Made by a program: the position numbers and the translations under genes
Source: Candidatus Gastranaerophilales bacterium
GTDB taxonomy: Bacteria > Cyanobacteriota > Vampirovibrionia > Gastranaerophilales > Gastranaerophilaceae
Reading direction: 5' to 3'
Assembly (NCBI GenBank): GCA_003150395.1
Contig: QAMI01000059.1
Coordinates: 2,719-66,718 of the forward strand
Length of the DNA: 64,000 bases
The notes under the pieces: model-generated
What the model was told of the DNA's origin: nothing
Database searches by the model: none
The model's input: only the letters and a program-made list of their open reading frames with translations
In this document: positions 48,195-56,740 of the stretch, piece after piece
Position numbering within the stretch: the stretch's first letter is position 1
Layout of the letters: each line of letters opens with the position of its first letter

Positions 48195-48723
48195 ATGATG
48201 GAAAATAAAAAGGTATTTTTACTGCATTAACCATATTATGCATTGTCGTAAGTTATTTTATATGGAATTCTCTTGATTTCAGACTTTACAGGTTAAATTT
48301 TAAGAAAAATGCGAAAAAGCTGTCAATGAGAAACAGATGAATAAAGATATCGAAAAACAATACTTAAATAACGCATCTGTGTCAGATATGTTAAAACTGA
48401 TAAAAAAGAGTTGTGAAGGTGAACTTTTATCAAAAAAATCTACAAATTATTTAGTTAGGATTATGCAGGATACAAACACGGGGCAAGATAAACTCAAAGC
48501 AGGTTTGCCGGAAGGAGTTTTGATAGGGCACAAAACAGGCTCTTCATCAAGAAAGTCCAACAGAATAAAAATAGCAGATAATGATGCCGGGTTTGTTATA
48601 CTTCCTGGAGGTGGTGTTTATTATATTGCAGTGTTTATTCAGGATTCGCCAATGTCAGATTCTGAAAACGCTGACTTAATCCGCTCTATATCGCAAATAG
48701 TTTACAAATATTTTGTCAAATAG
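48195..48723 (+). pseudogene. Decayed class A beta-lactamase (catalytic N-terminal half deleted)
   Basis: The 128-aa ORF 48337..48723 has E-x-x-M-N (NEKQMN, spanning the ATG) and HKTGSS (KTG box), but no SxxK or SDN. Upstream only a frameshifted signal/TM remnant remains (MMENKK / GIFTALTILCIVVSYFIW). The space is about 145 nt where about 480 nt would be needed. Confidence 0.7.
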
Positions 48724-48760
48724 CCACCCAAAATGATAAAAAGCCTAAAAGCGCTTAAAA

Positions 48761-48799
48761 AATGGAGATAAGGCTTAATCCTTTATCTCCATTTTTTTT
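48761..48799. terminator. Bidirectional intrinsic terminator
   Basis: AATGGAGATAAGG-cttaat-CCTTTATCTCCATT flanked by A- and T-runs. It abuts the tRNA 3' end. Confidence 0.75.
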
Positions 48800-48802
48800 A
48801 CT

Positions 48803-48879
<77 letters not shown>

Positions 48880-48961
48880 ATATTTAATTCTCATGCCGAA
48901 TAAATGCCTCGACAACTTTATTATTAAATGCTGAAAATTAAAAATCAACCCCTAATTTTTT

Positions 48962-49681
48962 TTAGGCCTCTATGTCCAACAAGTTGTTTGTGTTAGCTTC
49001 AAATGCTTTTTGAGCCTCACCAAGGTTGTAGGCGTTGTATATATCTGCCAGATTTTTGGAAGCAGCGGCCAAATTTTTTGCGTTTGTATATTGAAGTATC
49101 TTGTATAATCCGTTATTGTTGATTTTACCGTCGATTTTAGAGGCTTCAAGCTCTTCACCCTTGCTTAACATATCGGATACAAGAATTGATGTTGAATATT
49201 CTGCATTGTCGACTTTTCCGTCTTTGTTTATGTCAAATGCAGAGGCATCAGCATTTTTGAAACTTGTTTTCAGCTTTTGTGTAAGCTCTTGAACTGGTAT
49301 TGATAGCTTTTTGCCCATTTCTTCAAATGCAGCCCCTAATAAAGCCATTTTATCAATATTTTTGCCGTTTGTACTGTCCGGCATGTACTGATATTCAAAA
49401 TCAAGTGGTGGTAATGATTTTAAAAAATTATCAGTTTCTTTGATTAGTTTTTCGGAACTTGCTTCTACAAGTTTTGTTTTTAATAAGTTCCCGTAATTTT
49501 TGTCTGAAAATTTAAAACTGTCTGTGTTTTTAGCTTTTTTGCCGCTAAGTTTTTCTAAATATTCAAAATGATTGGCAGCTGCGTTTCTGCCGTATCTTAC
49601 GGAATTGTCATTGATTTTGCCATCATAAATTCCTTTGCTGCCGTTGATATATGCCGCATTATTTTGAATTGAATAAACCAT
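48962..49681 (-). CDS. Hypothetical protein with EF-hand-like calcium-binding loop
   Basis: DINKDGKVDNAEY matches a DxNxDGxxD loop. No signal peptide is obvious. Confidence 0.5.
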   Translation of the reverse strand: MVYSIQNNAAYINGSKGIYDGKINDNSVRYGRNAAANHFEYLEKLSGKKAKNTDSFKFSDKNYGNLLKTKLVEASSEKLIKETDNFLKSLPPLDFEYQYMPDSTNGKNIDKMALLGAAFEEMGKKLSIPVQELTQKLKTSFKNADASAFDINKDGKVDNAEYSTSILVSDMLSKGEELEASKIDGKINNNGLYKILQYTNAKNLAAASKNLADIYNAYNLGEAQKAFEANTNNLLDIEA

Positions 49682-49771
49682 TCTTCACACCTTTTAATTT
49701 TATCCATTTTTATAAAACAACTAAAGATAGAAAATTGATTAATCTAGAAACTTTATTAAAATATATTAAGC

Positions 49772-50293
49772 TTACCTTTTGATAACACCCCAGGCCTTGA
49801 TTGTGCCGCGAATATATTTTACAAGATAATAGTGTCCGGATTCTACATATTCAATAGATGCTTCCATGTAAATTTCTTCTTTATCTGGTTTCATTCCGAC
49901 TTTCGCACGTTTTTTGTTAATTTTTTCGCGCTCTTTTGCTTCTTTTTTTCGTTGTTTTTTGTATTTCGGATCGTTTAATCGTTCTTTTTCTGATTCATCT
50001 TCCTCCACTTTAATTACCGGAATTAAAGCTACAGGAGTTTTACTTTGCGTAAGTATAAAGAATTTCCAATCATCGCTTAGTGCAAGCTCATAGTGTCCGG
50101 GTTGTATAAAATCCATTTCTCCATCAAAGAGATAGTTGGCTAAAACAAGAGTCGGATAATCGCTTTCATCAAGCGCATATCTGTAAATTGCCTGTGACCC
50201 CATTCTAATCCCCGACATATTTTGCGGCTGAGGCGGGTAGGCACGAATTGTGGGATGCATTAATACTGTATCAGTATAAATACCTTCAATCAT
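49772..50293 (-). CDS. Hypothetical protein with Lys/Glu-rich central segment
   Basis: 173 aa. TAATG 1-nt overlap with the rnpA stop. Confidence 0.5.
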   Translation of the reverse strand: MIEGIYTDTVLMHPTIRAYPPQPQNMSGIRMGSQAIYRYALDESDYPTLVLANYLFDGEMDFIQPGHYELALSDDWKFFILTQSKTPVALIPVIKVEEDESEKERLNDPKYKKQRKKEAKEREKINKKRAKVGMKPDKEEIYMEASIEYVESGHYYLVKYIRGTIKAWGVIKR

Positions 50294-50646
50294 TAAAGAC
50301 GCTCCAAAAGGTTTTTAATAATATTTTGCATTTCTGTAAAATTTTTATCAAGGGCTTTTTCACCGCCAACAAAAATTAGAGAAAGATAATTCTGTGAATT
50401 TGAAGTATTTCCGGATTTTAACAGTAATCTGTAACTTTCACGCATAAGGCGTTTTAAACGATTTCTTTTAACGGCGCGTTTGTGAGTTTTCTTTGATACT
50501 ACAAAACCTACGCGGGTTGGAGCGTTGGGATCCTTTTTTAATATTCCGGCAAAGAGCGTTACGCCGTTCTTGTGAAAAGAATTTTTAATCCTGTATGTTG
50601 CGGTAAAGGCCGCTTTATTTTTTAATCTGAATTGTTTTGGGAGCAT
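50293..50646 (-). CDS. rnpA: Ribonuclease P protein component
   Basis: LPKQFRLKNKAAF and VGFVVSKKTHKRAVKRNRLKRLMRESYR (RNR motif). ATG 50646 is preceded by GGGTGAGGGT. It lies downstream of rpmH. Confidence 0.9.
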   Translation of the reverse strand: MLPKQFRLKNKAAFTATYRIKNSFHKNGVTLFAGILKKDPNAPTRVGFVVSKKTHKRAVKRNRLKRLMRESYRLLLKSGNTSNSQNYLSLIFVGGEKALDKNFTEMQNIIKNLLERL

Positions 50647-50771
50647 ACCCTCACCCAAATTTCTAAGCTCATTATATTCGCTAAGAAATTTTACCCTCAG
50701 CCATACAGCATACAAACTCACACAGCTCGTAACGCGCTGGTTCGTTTTGCATCCCACAAAGGGCGAGGGTA
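50647..50771 (-). promoter_or_regulatory. Structured GC-richer spacer between rpmH and rnpA; possible SD-sequestering leader or inserted repeat
   Basis: In mRNA sense, ACCCUCGCCC (from 50761-50770) can pair with GGCUGAGGGU (50693-50702). It can alternatively pair with the rnpA SD GGGUGAGGGU (50647-50656). Confidence 0.3.
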
Positions 50772-50795
50772 AATAAATACCTTGTAATCTTTAGA

Positions 50796-50948
50796 TTAAG
50801 CTCTTTTTTTAGCTTGGATTGCTAATCTGTGACGGCCTTTTGCGCGGCGTCTGTTCAAAACTTCGCGTCCGCCCGGAGTTGCCATTCTTGCTCTGAAGCC
50901 GCTTACGTGCTGTCTTTTAATCTTTGTTCCTTCTAGTGTACGTCTCAT
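50796..50948 (-). CDS. rpmH: 50S ribosomal protein L34
   Basis: Hand-translated and below the track cutoff: [50 protein letters not shown]. Confidence 0.95.
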   Translation of the reverse strand: MRRTLEGTKIKRQHVSGFRARMATPGGREVLNRRRAKGRHRLAIQAKKRA

Positions 50949-51046
50949 AATCTTTATTCCTTTTAATTTATATTTGTCGTATAATTCAAATGTTAAATGA
51001 AAAAAAATAAATAGTCAACACAATAGAGGGAGTCAGGTTAAATTAT

Positions 51047-51862
51047 ATGAACAAAAATTTTAAAAAAATAGGGTTTATCGGCTGCGGTAAAATGGCAGGA
51101 GCTATAATTTCAGGGATTAAATCCTGCATTTGCGGAAATCATTTCGAATTAAAGGGTTCTGAGGTCAACTGTGAGATTGCTGAACTTGCGCAAAATAAAC
51201 TCGGAATTGAAGTTTTGACAGATAACAGATTTTTGACAATGGACAGTGATGTTATTTTTATTGCTACAAAACCGAATTATGTAAGAAATGTTTTGGAAGA
51301 AATTAAAGACGAAATCACCCCGGAAAAACTTGTGGTTTCTATTGCTGCCGGCATTTCAACTGAAACTATTCTTGAAATAATTCCCAATGCACGCATAATA
51401 AGAGTTATGCCAAATACTCCGGCATTGGTAAAAGAAGGAATGTTTGCGGTTGCCAAGGGTGAATATGCAACTGAAGAAGATATTGAATTTGTTATGGAAT
51501 TGCTTTCTTCTATTGGTAAAGTAATTGAGGTTGAGGAAGGCCAAATCGATATTGTGACAGCAATTTCAGGTTCAGGCCCTGCGTTTTTCTATAAAGTTAT
51601 TGAAGACATGGCGCGTGCCGGTGAAAAACTCGGATTGGATTATGAAAAATCACTTCTTCTTGCAGCTCAAACAGCTTTGGGGTCTTCTAAAATGGTGTTT
51701 GACAGAGGCGAGGCTACTGTTCAAAATTTAATTGATAATGTTGCAACTAAAGGCGGATGTACTTTTGTCGGGATTACGGTTATGAATGAAGAACATTCAG
51801 ACAAACTTTTTTATGATGTTATTGAAAAGACAGCAATTAAAGCAAATGAACTTGGGAAATAG
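51047..51862 (+). CDS. proC: Pyrroline-5-carboxylate reductase
   Basis: IGFIGCGKMAGAI Rossmann start, RVMPNTPALV, SGSGPAF. Confidence 0.9.
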   Translation: MNKNFKKIGFIGCGKMAGAIISGIKSCICGNHFELKGSEVNCEIAELAQNKLGIEVLTDNRFLTMDSDVIFIATKPNYVRNVLEEIKDEITPEKLVVSIAAGISTETILEIIPNARIIRVMPNTPALVKEGMFAVAKGEYATEEDIEFVMELLSSIGKVIEVEEGQIDIVTAISGSGPAFFYKVIEDMARAGEKLGLDYEKSLLLAAQTALGSSKMVFDRGEATVQNLIDNVATKGGCTFVGITVMNEEHSDKLFYDVIEKTAIKANELGK

Positions 51863-51884
51863 GTTTTTGCTTTTATGAATTGTT

Positions 51885-51943
51885 GGCGGGAATTATATAT
51901 TTAAGGCTTTTCATAGCTTTTAATATTTAATTCCCGCCTTTTC
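51885..51943 (+). terminator. Long-loop hairpin terminator after proC
   Basis: GGCGGGAATTA (51885-51895) pairs with TAATTCCCGCC (51928-51938), followed by TTTTC. Confidence 0.55.
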
Positions 51944-52031
51944 TATATTAATTCATCTGTTTGTATGAATTTATTAAAGAAATTGATTTTCGGGACCGTA
52001 TTATGTTTTGTGTGGGTAAGAACAGAGGTTG

Positions 52032-52367
52032 ATGATAAAAAAATACTTTAATAAAAAATATATTCATATTCTCTTTGTTGCGTTATTACCGATATTTTTC
52101 TATATCGGGGTAAGGCTGCTTGTTAATGAAAATCCATACCCTATATGTATTTTTAAAATACTTACAGGACACAATTGCTGGGGCTGTGGAATTACAAGAG
52201 CTTTTAATGCATTGTTTCAACTTCAATTTGAAAAAGCTTTTGAATTTAATCCACGTATAGTTATAGTTGCCCCGTTAATGTTTTGGATATGGATTTCAAC
52301 ATTAATAAGAACAATTCACACAACGGAGTTTCAGCCGTCTTCTGAAACAGAGAGTACATCGAAGTAA
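52032..52367 (+). CDS. DUF2752-like membrane protein
   Basis: CPICIFKILTGHNCWGCGITRAF motif after the first TM. Confidence 0.65.
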   Translation: MIKKYFNKKYIHILFVALLPIFFYIGVRLLVNENPYPICIFKILTGHNCWGCGITRAFNALFQLQFEKAFEFNPRIVIVAPLMFWIWISTLIRTIHTTEFQPSSETESTSK

Positions 52368-52384
52368 AAAGAAAGAGGTTTTCT

Positions 52385-52699
52385 ATGGAATCAAAAAAGA
52401 ACTACACTGCGACATTACTTTTGTCATTTTTTCTAGGCGGATTAGGTATTCACCGTTTTTACACAGGTTATATCGGACTTGGAATTCTCCAGCTGCTAAC
52501 TGCCGGTGGATGCGGAATCTGGACATTAATTGATTTTATCAATATTTGTTTTGGCAACTTCAAAGCTGCAGACGGACAGGCACTTGATGAATACAATCCA
52601 ACATTAGGTAAAACCTTCTTCTTCGTTTGGGTTGCATTATGCTTATTAAGCGTAATTATGTATGCTACTGCTTTTGCAGAAATCTTTAGAAGTGTATAG
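52385..52699 (+). CDS. TM2-domain protein
   Basis: LLSFFLGGLGIHRFYTGYIGLGILQLLTAGGCGIWTLIDFI. Confidence 0.8.
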   Translation: MESKKNYTATLLLSFFLGGLGIHRFYTGYIGLGILQLLTAGGCGIWTLIDFINICFGNFKAADGQALDEYNPTLGKTFFFVWVALCLLSVIMYATAFAEIFRSV

Positions 52700-52709
52700 G
52701 AGGTTAGTT

Positions 52710-53138
52710 ATGTCAACTAAACAATGTCCTTTTTGCGGGGCTGAAATTGACAGTGAAGCTGTAAGATGCCATGCATGTCAAAAATGGTTAAATGAGAACA
52801 CTGAAGTTTTAACAGATGATAGACCTCAGGAGTTTTTGCCGACGTTATTGTTTGCATGGTTTTGCGGGGCTTTCGGAATTCACCGGTTTTATACAGGAAA
52901 TATTCCGATTGGAGTTGCACAGCTTTTAACCCTTGGCGGTTGCGGTATTTGGGCCTATGTCGACTTTATAATGATTTGTTTTAATCAGTTCCGTGACGGG
53001 CAGGGAAGATTGCTCAGAAATTATGATAAAAACATTGGGATAACTCTTTTTGTATTAAGCCTTATACCTGTAATTATCATATTATTTCTGGTTTTACTTT
53101 TGTGCTTTGCAGTTACACTTCCGGCATTGATACATTAA
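52710..53138 (+). CDS. Zinc-ribbon plus TM2-domain protein
   Basis: AGGAGG (52698-52703) then ATG 52710. CPFCGAEI...CHACQ, then FCGAFGIHRFYTGNIPIGVAQLLTLGGCGIWAYVDFI. Confidence 0.8.
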   Translation: MSTKQCPFCGAEIDSEAVRCHACQKWLNENTEVLTDDRPQEFLPTLLFAWFCGAFGIHRFYTGNIPIGVAQLLTLGGCGIWAYVDFIMICFNQFRDGQGRLLRNYDKNIGITLFVLSLIPVIIILFLVLLLCFAVTLPALIH

Positions 53139-53157
53139 AATATGAGGTTACACAAAT

Positions 53158-53640
53158 ATGACAGATAAAAAATGCCCTTATTGTGGTGATATAATTAGTG
53201 ATACTGATAATGTATGTCCTAAATGTGGTGAAAACCTAATACTAAAATGTCCTTTCTGCAAGGAAGAAATTAAAGCCTATGAAGTGGTGTGTCCGCATTG
53301 TACTTCTAAACTTCGCGGACGTAAAGAGCCAAAGTCCCTTTTTTATATAGGCTATGCGTTGGCTGCTGTATGGGGAATTATAAACTTACTGTTCTTGTGG
53401 GCTGCTGCGCATTTTCCTGAAATAATAACTGCAAAAGATAAAGACGGCATGCTCGTATTACCGCTTTCATCATATATGCAGTTAACTTTGCAGCCAATGA
53501 TATTCATTTCAATCCCTTACATAATGGCAGCCGTTAAAAAATATAAAATACCACTTGCAGTCATTTGTATGATAATCAACCTGATTTTAGGAATCGGCTT
53601 TTTAAGTTATTTCATACATCTTCAATATATATATCTTTAA
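53158..53640 (+). CDS. Double zinc-ribbon membrane protein
   Basis: CPYCG...CPKCG and CPFCK...CPHC, followed by 3-4 TM segments. Confidence 0.65.
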   Translation: MTDKKCPYCGDIISDTDNVCPKCGENLILKCPFCKEEIKAYEVVCPHCTSKLRGRKEPKSLFYIGYALAAVWGIINLLFLWAAAHFPEIITAKDKDGMLVLPLSSYMQLTLQPMIFISIPYIMAAVKKYKIPLAVICMIINLILGIGFLSYFIHLQYIYL

Positions 53641-53668
53641 AAAAAAAGCTCCCTTTTGGGAGCTTTTA
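53641..53668. terminator. Bidirectional intrinsic terminator
   Basis: AAAAAAAGCTCCC-tttt-GGGAGCTTTT between convergent genes. Confidence 0.8.
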
Positions 53669-53669
53669 G

Positions 53670-54489
53670 TTATTTAAGCATTTCTTCAAACATTTGTTTT
53701 CCGGTTTTACCACCCTTTTCGGTTGCGTAAGTAATAGGAACTAAGCTAGTTATACCGTTTACATTATCCCCCTTCAACTGGAAGGTAAACATATCATATC
53801 CCCATTTATTCGGGTTTTTATGACCATTGATGTCAATGGTGAATAATGGTGTTGTGGAGCTATACCCAAGTATAATAGTTCCGTCCGCTAAAACCCACGC
53901 CGGCCACTTTTCTTTAATGTTTTTGTCGCTAAACCCACTATTCGGGTCTGGGTTTGCTTCTGGATTGTTTTCAAGTTTTACCTTATCAACGCCTTTGTGC
54001 TTATTTGTAATACAACCTTTCTCAAGTGCTTTATTCTGACAATATGTTGCAACATTCAGTGTCTTGAATAGTTGTTCTCTGAATATTTTACATTCATTCA
54101 TGCCACCGTTATAATCTGATGGAAGAGATGAACCATCAGGCATTGACCATTTATTACAGTTACCATATTCGTTACGGTTGGTGCAGGTTGCGGCGGGGTA
54201 TGGTGAGTTTGCCCAGTAGAAACAATTAATCGGCGCTTCATTTTTTGCCTGAACCAATTTTATTCCATTAAAAAGGATGTTGTAAGCTTTTTTGTACTGG
54301 TTTTTCAAAATCATGTTTTGTGCTTTGTTAATGACTGAAGGTAAGGTCATCGCAGCTATAATTCCGATAATCCCAAGTGTGATTAAAACCTCTGATAATG
54401 TAAACCCTTTTGAAAAATGGTTAAAACCATTGCTATGACTGAATTCTACGGGGGGGGGGGCAGCCCATAATTCCTATTCCTCTAAGCAT
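53670..54489 (-). CDS. Type IV pilin-like protein, frameshifted at a C11 tract in the leader region (candidate phase-variable gene, OFF as sequenced)
   Basis: AGGAGG (rc of 54495-54500) then ATG 54489 gives MLRGIGIMGC-C11. The frame as sequenced ends RRIQS*. The other frame reads VEFSHSNGFNHFSKG|FTLSEVLITLGIIGIIAAMTLP and runs into track ORF 53670..54350. That frame has no canonical start upstream of FTLSE. Confidence 0.75.
54450..54460. repeat. Homopolymer G11 on + strand (C11 in the gene sense)
   Basis: Counted directly. Confidence 0.95.
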
Positions 54490-54535
54490 TTTTACCTCCT
54501 GTATTTTTGAATAGTGCATGCTAATGATATCATTT

Positions 54536-55663
54536 CTACATATTTTTATCAAGTCTAATTCCTTCCGCATTTGCCAAAAACTCCATAACATTTATAACTT
54601 TCGGGTGTTTTTTGTGTAAAACTCCGGCAGCTGCAAATCCTTGTAAAATTCCTAAAACACAGGCCGGGCAGGTTGTTAAAACAATATCAGCCCCGGTTTG
54701 CAGAATATTTTTAGCTTTTCTTTGGGAGATTTCAGCAGAAAGTTTTGGATTTTTCAATGCAAATTCTCCTGCAAACCCGCAGCATTCGTCAAAATCTTTC
54801 ATTTCAATATATTCAACATTTTCGCATTTTTCTAATAGCGTTTTTATAAAATTTGCGTTTTCAAGATGACAAGGTTTGTGAAAAGTGACTTTTAAGTTTT
54901 TTTTGAAACTAAATCTAACATTTTGTGTTGTCGCAAATTCACCGGCATTAATAAACCTTGGTTTGTATTCTGTATTTTTAAAATATCCTTTCAAAGTGCT
55001 TTCACAGCTTGCGCAATCGGTTAAAATGTAATCAAATTCACAATCCAGAAGTTGAAGATTTCGGTTTTTGACTTGCTTAAAACGTTCCAAATTCCCGCTT
55101 GAAAGAAACGGCAGGCCGCAGCATTCAAAATCTTTTTCAATAACTTCAACATCCATATTTGAAAAAACCTTCTTTAAATCGTTTTCAACTTTTGGCGCTA
55201 TGTTGTTCACACAGCCTTTAAAGTAGAGAAGCTTTGTTTTTGGGGTGTTGTTGTTTGACGCGGATATGGAATTTAATTTTTGTCTTAGTCCGAAGTTAGT
55301 CAAAGATTTAACAAGCTTTATAAAATTCCCGAAAATTAAATCTGATTCTAAAAATTTTTCAAGTTTACCGTGAAAAGTATTTTTGGCGTATTCATATTTT
55401 GCCGTGTTAAATATTTCACAGACATCAATACTGCTCGGGCAAAAGTTTTTGCATTTACCGCATTTAAGACACATGTCCAGATATTTTTCGATATTTTTGC
55501 TGAGTTTTAAATCACCTTTAAGAATTCCGTCGAGCATAACGAATTTGCCGCGGGAAACAGCACAATCGTTGCCTGTAATTTTATAAACCGGGCAGACAGA
55601 TTGGCAAAGTCCGCATTTTGAACATTTGTTAATTTCATCGGCAAAATCTTGAAGTTTTTTCAT
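54536..55663 (-). CDS. (Fe-S)-binding oxidoreductase subunit, GlcF/GlpC-like (2x[4Fe-4S] plus 2 CCG domains)
   Basis: CSKCGLCQSVCP, CLKCGKCKNFCP, CCGLPF, CCGFAG. Confidence 0.75.
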   Translation of the reverse strand: MKKLQDFADEINKCSKCGLCQSVCPVYKITGNDCAVSRGKFVMLDGILKGDLKLSKNIEKYLDMCLKCGKCKNFCPSSIDVCEIFNTAKYEYAKNTFHGKLEKFLESDLIFGNFIKLVKSLTNFGLRQKLNSISASNNNTPKTKLLYFKGCVNNIAPKVENDLKKVFSNMDVEVIEKDFECCGLPFLSSGNLERFKQVKNRNLQLLDCEFDYILTDCASCESTLKGYFKNTEYKPRFINAGEFATTQNVRFSFKKNLKVTFHKPCHLENANFIKTLLEKCENVEYIEMKDFDECCGFAGEFALKNPKLSAEISQRKAKNILQTGADIVLTTCPACVLGILQGFAAAGVLHKKHPKVINVMEFLANAEGIRLDKNM

Positions 55664-55681
55664 ACATAAATGATAACATAA

Positions 55682-56380
55682 TTACCACGGATAATCATCT
55701 CTGATTTCCCAGCCATCTGCCATAATCAACCCTAAACAAAATGCACCGTTTGTATCGCCGGCTTCTTTTCTACAACCATATCTTTGTGATTTAATAATTT
55801 CATTTCTGTCAAATTTTGAATATCCGCCAATATCGGATGTCCCTTTATAACCAAAAGGAACAAGGCCGTAGTCTTTAGATATAACAATCGCAAAAAAATC
55901 TTTTCCAAATTTGTTTGGCTTTTTATATCCGTTTAAATCAATACAGATAATCTTAAAAGGAAGATATGAGTACTGCTGGGTATTACTTAAATAAAATGTT
56001 GTTCCGTCAACAGTGCTTACAATCAGTGCTTCGGAGTAAAATGGAGTAAATGTATTTTCAATAGTTCCATTTGGCCTTGTATATTGAATTTTATCAGATA
56101 TTTTCCCATAAGATGTCATATTAATTGTTTTTAATTGAGGTTTTATATATTGATTAAAAAATTCAGCAGACGTCTGATTATAATTCCAATATGTCAGATT
56201 TTCGTTTTTTAGCTCAGAAAGTTCTATTGCCTGAGATAATATTGAATAAACTTTTTTTAATTGGTTTATTGTCTGAATTTTTTGATATTTCCCGATTAAC
56301 GCAGGTAGCGTTATAGCCGCAACAATTCCGATAATACCTAATGTTATTAAAACTTCTGGCATGGTGAATGCTTTTTTCAT
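55682..56380 (-). CDS. Type IV pilin-like protein
   Basis: MKKA|FTMPEVLITLGIIGIVAAITLP; IDLNGYKKPNKFGKDFF. The C-terminus YGCRKEAGDTNGAFCLGLIMADGWEIRDDYPW parallels 58634..59332. Confidence 0.85.
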   Translation of the reverse strand: MKKAFTMPEVLITLGIIGIVAAITLPALIGKYQKIQTINQLKKVYSILSQAIELSELKNENLTYWNYNQTSAEFFNQYIKPQLKTINMTSYGKISDKIQYTRPNGTIENTFTPFYSEALIVSTVDGTTFYLSNTQQYSYLPFKIICIDLNGYKKPNKFGKDFFAIVISKDYGLVPFGYKGTSDIGGYSKFDRNEIIKSQRYGCRKEAGDTNGAFCLGLIMADGWEIRDDYPW

Positions 56381-56524
56381 AAAAATCCTCTTTATTATAA
56401 TTTAAATATCTAACGAATGCGTTAATTATTACATTTATTCGTTCATTTGTCAATGAAGTTTTGAATTTATTTAATGAAAATTTAATTTAAAAGTAAAATG
56501 TTAAACGTATGAATGGAGCATTAA

Positions 56525-56740
56525 ATGATTATAAATGATTTAAAAAAAGTTTTACTAGACGTAAATATTTCATTGACCGAGTTAGCTGATGCGCTTGGAA
56601 AACGTTTAAATAAACATTATTCTTTAAATAATCTTTCAAACAAACTCCGCAACGAAACGATTACGCATCGTGAAATGATTATAATTGCAGATATTTTGGG
56701 GTATGATTTAAAATTTGTAAGGCGCAAAGAAAATCGTTAA
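56525..56740 (+). CDS. Small putative helix-turn-helix protein
   Basis: 71 aa. [12 protein letters not shown]...LSNKL resembles an HTH. Weak call. Confidence 0.35.
   Translation: MIINDLKKVLLDVNISLTELADALGKRLNKHYSLNNLSNKLRNETITHREMIIIADILGYDLKFVRRKENR

Noticed and set aside
56381-56524. AACGAAT...ATTCGTT inverted repeat as an operator for the small HTH-like gene
   Set aside because: The arms are only 7 bp in very AT-rich DNA, and the HTH assignment itself is weak.
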